A DNA stretch of 64,000 nt from contig NW_002060946.1 of the NCBI RefSeq assembly GCF_000150275.1, forward strand, positions 6,362,597 to 6,426,596, in the 5' to 3' direction. Numbering within the stretch: position 1 is the stretch's first letter; each line of letters starts with the position of its first letter. Under the pieces are notes generated by a model. That model saw nothing but the letters and a program-made list of their open reading frames with translations. It was not told the origin of the DNA and made no database searches. Both the position numbers and the translations under genes were made by a program. Below are positions 54,908 to 64,000 of this stretch, one piece after another. The DNA comes from Trichoplax adhaerens. Its lineage: Eukaryota > Animalia > Placozoa.

Positions 54908-55933
54908 ATGAATATTTTACAAAGAAATGATAGTGTAATTGTTAACACAACTTCTAATCCCGCTATTAATATCATTTATGCGGTTATTGGTAGTTCTGCT
55001 ATTATTGGTAACGTCTTCGTTATTGCATTAAATGTTATTCATCGCCCTATGCTACGTCAAATACCTAATAAATTCGTTGTCAGTTTAGCTGCTTCCGATG
55101 CTATTAGCGGTGTAATAATATTTATTATGCCGGGTTATGCCCTCCCTGTTGACCGCTATTTCTATCCAAAGGATATTTTTATAGGATCTTTCTTCTGTAG
55201 CTTGATTGATTCTAGTGTCTTATTTTTTACCTCTGGATTTATCTCCGTCTATACTATTGCAATCATTAGTTTAGAGAGATGGTATGCTGTTTCTCGTCCT
55301 TTTCTATACAAGCGAATATTTACTAAAAATCGTGCAAGATTTTGTATCGCTTGTATATGGTTGTTTGTGCCCATAACTCTTATTGATGGCATTCTACAAA
55401 AACGTTTCGTCCCCAATTTATTCCCACCATGTCAGTGGTTTAGCTTATTTGGCGATGACATTACATCGGCTAACATTGTATTTATGATTATTGAATCCGT
55501 TCGAATATTTCTCCCGGTTATCATTACGATGATTAGTTTTGCTGATGTAGCTAGAAGAATGTCTGATGGCAGGGATATTAAATTAAGTGTTAGTAATTCC
55601 ATGCGAGTTTTAATCAGACGACGGTTTACAACCATGTTATGTATTGCAGCTATTGCCTTGATTTTATGTTGGCTACCGAACGAAATTTACTTTACCTTGG
55701 TTCAATTACGTGTTGTGAAATATGAGCCAATTGTCCATGCCATTACCAAGACATTAATTGTGATAAATTGTTGTATTAATCCTATCATTTATGCGGCTAC
55801 TAATAGCATCTATCGTCAAGGTATGATCCGATTGCTTCATCGTATAGGTCGTTGTATAAGATGCAAGAACGCACCAGCGATAAATCCAGCTGGCGTTGGT
55901 TCGCCTAGAACGGCAACGATTGATAATTTATAG
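54908..55933 (+). CDS. Rhodopsin-like (class A) GPCR, single coding exon, 341 aa, tandem paralogue of 46682-47740
   Basis: Same motifs (GN, LAASD, SLERW, CWLP, NPIIY); long identical stretches with the upstream receptor, e.g. PNKFVVSLAASDAISG, SGFISVYTIAIIS, LFPPCQWFSLF, CWLPNEIYF. Confidence 0.95.
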   Translation: MNILQRNDSVIVNTTSNPAINIIYAVIGSSAIIGNVFVIALNVIHRPMLRQIPNKFVVSLAASDAISGVIIFIMPGYALPVDRYFYPKDIFIGSFFCSLIDSSVLFFTSGFISVYTIAIISLERWYAVSRPFLYKRIFTKNRARFCIACIWLFVPITLIDGILQKRFVPNLFPPCQWFSLFGDDITSANIVFMIIESVRIFLPVIITMISFADVARRMSDGRDIKLSVSNSMRVLIRRRFTTMLCIAAIALILCWLPNEIYFTLVQLRVVKYEPIVHAITKTLIVINCCINPIIYAATNSIYRQGMIRLLHRIGRCIRCKNAPAINPAGVGSPRTATIDNL

Positions 55934-58770
55934 ATTAACTCTTTATCATTGAACTGATTTTTACCAATAAGGTAGTTAAACTATAAATCTAGTTGTTATT
56001 TTCGAATAGAGTACGTAGACGAAAGCAAATATTGTAAGGCTATAGACTTCAGAATTTTAGTCAGTTAATACCTGCTGTATTTCTGTCCAATAATTAGTTC
56101 TTAACAATCGAAAGTTAGATATTTTGAGATAAAATTTTCAATATTACGCATACTATGTGTAACGGCAGTAATAATCACTGATATTTATTTCTATTTATTC
56201 ATATACATAAATAGACTCCGTATCTAAGCTTAGAGGCCCTCTTTCTCTGATGATAGTATTTCCAATATTATTTTACCATCTTCCAGTCTGCAAGCTATGA
56301 TATAAATACCTTTTTCCTGGTCAAAATAGTTTTGTTTCAGAATCTGGATTTTCTCTCTAGATATCTCTCTTATTCTCTATGCTCTTCTATTAGCGCTAAT
56401 AAAAATATTTGATTCTAGCTTGGGCGTTCAACTTGATGTCATTTGTCTCTGTTATTAATTCTTTCATAATATCTTTAGAATTCTCCTCAGTGTAGAAGAA
56501 TACTACTGCTTTGGCTAAGGTAGTAATTTCCATGGTGCTAAAAAATAGACCAGATTACTGGTATTTTATTTCTGAATTTATTCGTAATGTCAGTATTCTG
56601 GCTACTAGAAGGATATTTTTGCTTACCGCATGTAACTAGCCGAGGCTTCTAAAGCTGAATTAAAATTGCAAGTATGAAGTTAGTTAGGCCTGTTCTACTC
56701 GATGTTTAGTCCATAGTATTAGTGACGGTAAGTGATGATCATTTTTCTACAGTAACTACATATCTCTTCAAGACTAAATGTTGAAAATCTAGTTTCATTA
56801 CATAATCACATCAATTATAGCTAAGCTAAGTAAACATCGGTTATTATAACCGTTTTCCAAATTATTATCAATCAAATTTCAAAAGAGTTTATCACACCTT
56901 AAGATAATTGCTTATGGTCCATTATAGCTACTAATAGTAAGTAGAATTGATTCTCACAAATTCATATTATCAATGTCTGAAATATCAAATACCAGTCAAT
57001 GATTACAAAATTCTAATGCCATAAGTCGTAAAATTTCTTGGATATGTAATTTCGGAAAAAAACATTTTCATACCATGCTAGTGCTATATATAGCATTTAT
57101 TTTGGCAGCAATTCTTATTTCATTTCTTAATATAAAAACTCGTATTACAAGCATATTTTAAGATAAAGATAGGTAATCTTGTTTGCAGTTTAAAATTTTT
57201 CGGAATTGCATAATATAAGTGTAATAATGCACCTATGCTTGATTATAAATATGATATAATGCTGCAAGCATGCTCGCCATCGTAGTAAATTAAATTCCGT
57301 TGAGTAGAAATATCTCGAATAACAAGCGAATTAATAATTTCTCTAATTTTCTTCGTATGAGTCACCACTTGTAGCAGCTGGTTATAGATCTTATTAGGAA
57401 GCGTAGCTTTTTATTTTAGATTGCCTAGACACCTTCAGCATAGCAGAATATTCTAATCCCTCATGCTACTGTACTTCATGTTACTACTGTAATAGTCCAG
57501 CGACAGTCTGATTGCAGTTAGATAGTCCTTGGTAGTTGTAAGACGAAACAAGTCTTATGTGATAAAGTGAAATTTACAAGAAACTGTAGTTCTTGTTGTA
57601 TTTTTGAGAAGACACTTCGTAGTATCCTAAATATATCAAATACAGCTATTAACACAATCAAATATAGCTATCCTTATAAGCCAATACGGGGTGCAGCATC
57701 ACTACATCAATATACTCCTACTGTGGTATCTTATCTCTTGTAGAAATCAAAATAATGACAGCTTCCGTTATTAGAGGACCGTAATTAACTGTATGTGTCT
57801 ATAAATTCATTATCAAATTATTAAAACGTAAACTTTATCGAACTACTAATTTAAGCTCTATTCTATATCTTGACAATCGGCTTTAATTTATTGACTATGT
57901 GATCGGAGCTCGCTTCTGCTGCTAGGTCATGGCAGCAGATACTGAGGCGATGAATAAATGTATTAAGAGAATCTAGCGGTTATCGTTAGTAATGTTTAGC
58001 AAAAGTTACTGTTATACGTTTATATCTGGAAGTTTTCTCATAGTCTAATTCGAGAAGCAAAAGAAGTTGCAGTTTTCAACAAAGATAACTTCACCAGCAT
58101 AAAACCGCTCTACTTTCTAGTGATAAGCTGAGAGGCTATACTCGTAATTCCAGAATATTAGCATTTATGTTGATTTCTGTAAAAATTAACGATTGCAAAC
58201 TAATTCTCATTAATGTAATCAACAAGCTACTGGTGATAATAGACTCCAAAGAGAATAAATTGAGTATAATATACCGCTCCATACAAACTGCCTGTAAGCA
58301 AAGCTATTATCATTACGTCTAGATTATTTATCAGACATAACGCCTTATATAAACTCTCAAAAAAAGGTAACTGATCTGATACTTCTGGTTGTAACCAGTC
58401 ATAGCACAGTAACATTGTAACGACAATTATTTACACTATATAGAGTTAGCATGAAATAAGGCAGTGTGATTTATTTACAAATATGTCACATGGTTTCGTC
58501 TTTAACTTAATAACAGAGTCAGAATGTTATTAAACACTTTCCTTTTGTAGATTCACACATGGCTCACTAGAGTTCACATCCTAGAACATGGAACCACAGT
58601 ATTCGCAAATTTAGTATTCAGTCAATAAAATCTCCCTTTCTTTCTTTCTGAGTAGATTATCATGTGTAATTTCTGGTTATACGTTCTACTTCATATTAAT
58701 TGCTTTACAACGTATACAAAATAACATCCAAATTTTAGACTAACAATAGATTGGACAAATTTATTTTAGT

Positions 58771-61700
58771 TTATTTTCCTTTTCCAGCTCTAGCAATTTT
58801 ACGATAATACTCTTGACGTCTTTCTTGCATCTTCTTATGTCGTTTATTTTCTTCAGCTTCCTTCTTTTTCATATAGACCTTTCTTTCCGCCTCTTTCTTA
58901 ACTTTCTTTTTATATAGTCTATCTTTCTCAATGGTACGGAGTTGCTGCATTAATGTAGTCAATTTTTTCTCCTTGCTAGACATGGTACTAACCGGTCGGG
59001 ATAAAATGGAAGACTTCTTAGCTGTTTTGGGTGTATATTTTGGTTTATTCTTATAAGGCAGAGCTTTTTGCAATGATGGGGGTATCAATAATGGATTGAA
59101 ATGCTTTGGCTCTCTCTCTATAGGATGATAGAGTGAATTTGACTTTTGAGGCGGCTTTATGTTATGTAATGCTCGCAACTGTCCCACAGTTTTCATACCC
59201 TGCCATTCTGTTTTCTCACCACGCGGCATTAAAAGTGAAGTAACTGGGTTATAAAACTGCGGTATATCAACTGGATACCATGCTCTTAAGAATACGATGT
59301 CGCTTAACAGAATTTTATCTTCAAAGGTAGCCCGGAAAACACCCTCAGGCGATTTGACTGGCCTTTTAATTTGACCACGAATACCACTAACAGTTCTAAT
59401 CGTTGCGCCTTCAGCAGCAGCTACTTCTGATGTAGAACTAAACATACCCTTTATGAAGGCAGTATTCTTGAATATTTTTAGAGGGGTTCCTATTAGTTTT
59501 AATTTTTTTACGATAGCTACACTTTTATCAAGTTCTCGCACAGTTCCAGTCGCCATGACACGAAAATGACTGACTTTATCATTAGTGGTTTGAATTACTA
59601 GAAAACCAGTGCCAGGGGCTGTAATGGGTCCAAAAAATGTGGCCGTACAGTGAACATGTTCTGGTGTATATTTAAGTAGTCGCTGTCTTCCATTATGATC
59701 TTCCATACAAAAGAGTGGAACGGTTTGGAAGCGCCGCCATCCTAACGACATGATTACAGGGTCGCGCGTTTTTAAAATTCGTTTATACCATCGATGTTTT
59801 CTTATTCTCACCTGTTTGCATACAAATATACCTTTATTTAATGCGTACACCAGACACAAAAGCATGACATAATTATGGTAGTACAATCGACATTAGGTTC
59901 TTACATATATATTCTAAGGTCTATCTAACATATTTATTAATATACATTGCCCAAAAAATTGAAAAGTAAAGGTAAATATGTGTCATAATTCGATCTTACT
60001 TGAACGCAGCCAGTGTTTTCTTCTCCACTATTTAAGGCTCCGATGATGATTGGGTACTTTGGATCAAAGTAGTCGATAAATTCACATGGCATTCCATGTA
60101 ACTGTTGCAAGTAAATGAGAAAAAACCTTAAAATCACGCGGATAAATTATGAGCAAATAGCTATACACTTTGTAGCTAATTGCAAATGTTAAGATAGATT
60201 ATCAAATTGAAAACTCAAACTACTAAAACAGCAGATAATATGGCAGCAATATCTTAAATGCCACACAAGAAATAGTTTTACATGTTATTTGATGACGTGC
60301 AATTTTCGATATAAAATTTGTGAGAAAATATGCAATACATGTAAACTATGCTAAATAAATTGACAACTTCTAATTTACCTCAATCCTAACATATGATCCA
60401 GGTCTATAGCCTTCATATTGAATTCTAGATTCATCGTCTAACCCTTCAAATTCTTTACGGTTCAACTATAAATTTATCCATATAATATTATCATTTCTGC
60501 TTAATATTGTAACTACAAAGATAAATTTTTTTAACAAATTCTGTTGGCGAGCTATATTACAGTCTATTGGGCGTACCTCACTTTGAGCAGCCATTTCGGC
60601 TTTAGCTGTCTCATAGAATGTTTTATTACTTCCTTCATCATATATACGTAAAGTTAAGGAACATCATACAGCTCAAGTCAGTATATAGCTAGTAGAAGAT
60701 TTTAAGATCGTAATATTAAAAGATATTCAGCATCAAAAGTGGCCTTTAGTTTCTTCTTTTTTTTCAGTCGGCCACTGGAGTCATCCATTACTTCGTCTTG
60801 TTCTGCTTCATCGGAAGATTCTGCAGTCTTCGTAGCAGAAACATTTTCAGTATCTAAATCTTCAAAATCGCCGTATAATTCATCTATAAACGCAATTACA
60901 TTAATTTCATGTATTTGAATATAGCGAAACAGACACATTCATCCCAACTTCCGACTCTAGATCAGCTACACCAGGATAATTTAAATTGCAAAGCTAGCTA
61001 GGTATATATAATTCTAATTGTCCTATCACAATGATTAACAGATTGTACTGTAGATGTAGCCTAAAAATTTACTATTCGTGTTCTGTAGAAAGTAGGTTGA
61101 AATTCGAATGAAATGAAAACATACCATCTTGATCGATCATTTTCTGAGCGTCCTCTTCATGCCAATCGCCACTAACGAAACAATCACGGATGCTTTCTCG
61201 GTACTAATGTAAAGATTATCAATCATTTATAGCAGATGCAAACAATGTCAAATACAGCTATGGTACTTTTCAAGGATAAGTCCAGTTAATATTATGGTGA
61301 TATATTCTGTAATTACATTTATGAACTTTAAAACCCCTTATGACAAATATTTAACCTGTTCATCATTCCAGCAATCTAGGTTTGTATAGTTAGACTGAGA
61401 GCAATCCAAACCATCTTGATCTTTTAGATTCCTTTTCAACGAATCTTTCTTTAAGAATATTTCACCTACTTCCTGCCTTTCCCCTTTATCAAGATTGTAT
61501 TTGAGGGCATCACCTTGTCTTTCTATTTTTACATCATTTCCATCTACATTCAAATCAACATTATTAAAGACTGAAATTTGCTAATTTAACAATGAGAACG
61601 AATAAAAGTAATCTACAAGGGTACTATTTAATTTACCAGATGATCCATAAACTAATCGATTCCAATTTATTTTTTGTGACTGACGCTGGTAAAATGATTC

Positions 61701-63874
61701 CTTCGCTTTTCTGGCAAGATTTTCTTTCCAGTTTAATTCGCCTACTGGTGCGTATTTCCATAATTTACTATTTAATAATTGCAACAAGCAATAATTTAAC
61801 TCAACAGAGAATGATAATTCCATACTAACCGCCAATATCTTTATCAAGAAAGTGGAGCTTAGAGGCATCGAACATTTCTGATTCGTCTAAGGAATTACCG
61901 TCGCCATCAGAGTCAAAAGATAGTGTTTCATCGATGTTTGGGTCCTACAACATTAATGTGTCAAATAGATTTTTTCGAAGTTGACTTTCTTAAAGGCGTT
62001 GGCACGGTACTATAAATTTTGATATCTTACGATTACTTTTAAAGCCATACTTACATCCATTACGTTTTCGGTGTTAGATTCTATTCAAGTACGGGAAAAT
62101 AATCAAAACGGAAAAGATTTATTTATCTTCAAAGCCAAATTTAAACATTAAACACGCGCATATAAAGGAATTCATTTCAAAAATCGTACTTACCGGAATG
62201 ATCCGCAATGATAGCTGAATCGTCATCATCTTCTGAATCGCTATCTAGGCTAACATCATCATCACTATTTAGTTCTACTTTGCGACGGTGCCTCTGATCA
62301 GATTCTGCACTACGGTCTCTATTATAACTATAAATATAGCATAAAATAATAATTTTGTGTGAGCCATATCCCTCAACTTTGTCGTAGATAAAAATATCTT
62401 AAAATGTATTGATAATGCTAGAATGTTCACCTAAGCAAATTTTCGTAAGGAATAGGCTTGGCATCCTAAAGCATGAGTTTAAATTTCCATATAATTCAAT
62501 TGCTTAAAATGCTTTGTAAATTATGCACAGGTTAGCCGTGCTAACAATAAATCAAATATGGAACTTACCTTGATAAGCGATATTTGACTCTTTGCCATTT
62601 TTTCGTCAATTGTAGCCTTACTTTCAATAATAGCAGAAACTAATGGATTTTCAACTTGTAAACTGTTAACCTATCATTAATACGCGTGTAAAACTGTTTA
62701 TTAGTATTATTCAGGAGAGGCATAATACTATCATACAATCCGATGTTAAAGAAAGAGCGTACAATATTTTCACCAATCGCTCTATTGTCAACCGCTTGCC
62801 TGCTTCCTCCAAGGTCAATGTATACTGCATCCTGATATTAAATATGGTACAGATTAGGATAAACTAAATCATTTTATTCTAGGTTGAACAATCTATTTGG
62901 AAGAAGATCTTGATTAAAAGTCGAAACTAACTTTATCGTAAACTATGCCACCAACTCCAGACATGGGAGCATAAATTAAACGTTCTTTCTCATTTAGGGT
63001 TCTTTTCTTTTCATTACTAGGTAAAGGACACGGGTCCGGCAAAGCGTATACATTCTTAATAGCAAAATCACCGCAACCTTGGAAAAGTTGGAAAGACTAT
63101 AACTTTAACTATTAATTTACTATAAAGCTATTTGCAAACATCGTACATTTACATGCATACCTGGTATATGGACATTATGTATTGATTTAAAGTTAGTACC
63201 ACGGATATAACCGTATAAACAAACATTACGATTACATTTCTTATCAGTTCGAATCAATTCAGGATAGGTAATATCCTCCAGCCTAGACGATTGATACAAA
63301 GAATAGCTTGTATACACTGTAGCTCTTTAATAACTAATTAGTATTAAATTTATGAAATGATGACAACTATTAACCTATCAGCGAAAACATAAGAATGACT
63401 AGAACGCCATTGCAACGGTCGGAATTTCGTCACGGATATAAATCTGCAAAGATTATGAATCTCGGTCTTGGGATATAAGTCATGCATTAATCCGGACAGA
63501 TAAAATAACTTTGCCCCCTAAGAAATATCGATCATAGTGAACAATACTGTGGATAACAACTTAATCTCTATCACACTTCTCATAGATGTTGTGCGTTGAT
63601 ATGTCTCGAAGTTAGTGATCAATTATAGGTAAGGACTAAAGTATTCAAAGGTGTGTAGTTTTACGAGTAACATAAAAATTCATACTTGATAGATTTCGGT
63701 CCAGAAGCGGTTCTTTAGTTTTTTCTTGGTTTGTCGTAATGCTTTTGTATTCTTTAGCATGTCTAAATGAGTCAAGACACCGATAACCTTGGGAAAACCA
63801 TGAATCTGGCAGATATTTAAGAACTCGAATGTTTCCATTTCGAATCCAAAGCTAGCGTCAATCAGTAGTAGTAC
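58771..63874 (-). CDS. BMS1: Ribosome biogenesis GTPase BMS1, 3' part (18 exons in window; 5' end lies beyond base 64000)
   Basis: Exons in transcription order: 63874-63686, 63517-63375, 63282-63161, 63077-62932, 62831-62763, 62670-62569, 62465-62431, 62327-62194, 62080-62055, 61944-61830, 61741-61637, 61543(or 61570)-61356, 61203-61125, 60883-60727, 60643-60577, 60465-60379, 60101-60000, 59811-58771. Diagnostic peptides: VLLLIDASFGFEMETFEFLNICQIHGFPKVIGVLTHLD, GAKLFYLSG, IRDCFVSGDW, ELYGDFEDL, YEGYRPGSYVRIE, KHRWYKRILKTRDP, GATIRTVSGIRGQIK, FRATFEDKILLSDIVFLRAW. Confidence 0.97.
60644..60726 (-). other. U12-type (minor spliceosome) intron in BMS1, 83 nt, AT-AT termini
   Basis: Minus-strand 5' end ATATCTTTT resembles the U12 donor consensus RTATCCTT; exact U12 branch site TCCTTAAC at 60660-60653, ending 9 nt before the junction; excision restores TFDAE-YDEG in frame. 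Confidence 0.85.
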
Positions 63875-64000
63875 CTAGTAAGCAGAAATTTTTCAGTTAC
63901 ATGCTGAATAAATTCTAAACTGATCTGGTAACTTTGTTGCAAATGTTTTATGGCATAAAAAGCGTACAAAACTGGCGTAGCAATATCCATATACTGAAAT

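Noticed and set aside
59812-59886. N-terminal extension of ORF 58771-59886 as a stand-alone gene start
   Set aside because: Intronic read-through; the BMS1 exon begins at the CAG acceptor at 59811.
30313-61828. Antisense or alternative-frame short ORFs over genes (30313-30510, 31449-31694, 32934-33191, 46623-46811, 55432-55635, 61592-61828)
   Set aside because: Shadow or intronic ORFs of GRAMD1, the GPCRs and BMS1 with no independent support.

Overview
AT-rich eukaryotic (animal) genomic DNA. Short introns, intronless class A GPCR coding regions and the composition suggest a compact early-branching metazoan such as a placozoan (inference only). Four protein-coding genes are supported: (1) a GRAMD1/Aster-type sterol transporter on the + strand with at least 26 coding exons (27658-34022; start exon not fixed); (2, 3) two tandem paralogous rhodopsin-family GPCRs (46682-47740, 54908-55933); (4) the 3' 18 exons of BMS1 on the - strand (58771-63874, continuing beyond the window). 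One BMS1 intron (60644-60726) can only be resolved as a U12-type intron with non-canonical AT-AT ends. The first ~27 kb has no recognisable gene. It contains an island (~20.3-27.1 kb) made of a large fold-back inverted repeat with a palindromic core and one arm amplified into 6 x 96 bp, followed by ~4.4 kb of decayed coding-like sequence and two tandem arrays, most likely an unclassified mobile or viral relic. No rRNA, tRNA or CRISPR array was recognised. All exon models were built by hand from splice sites and reading-frame continuity.
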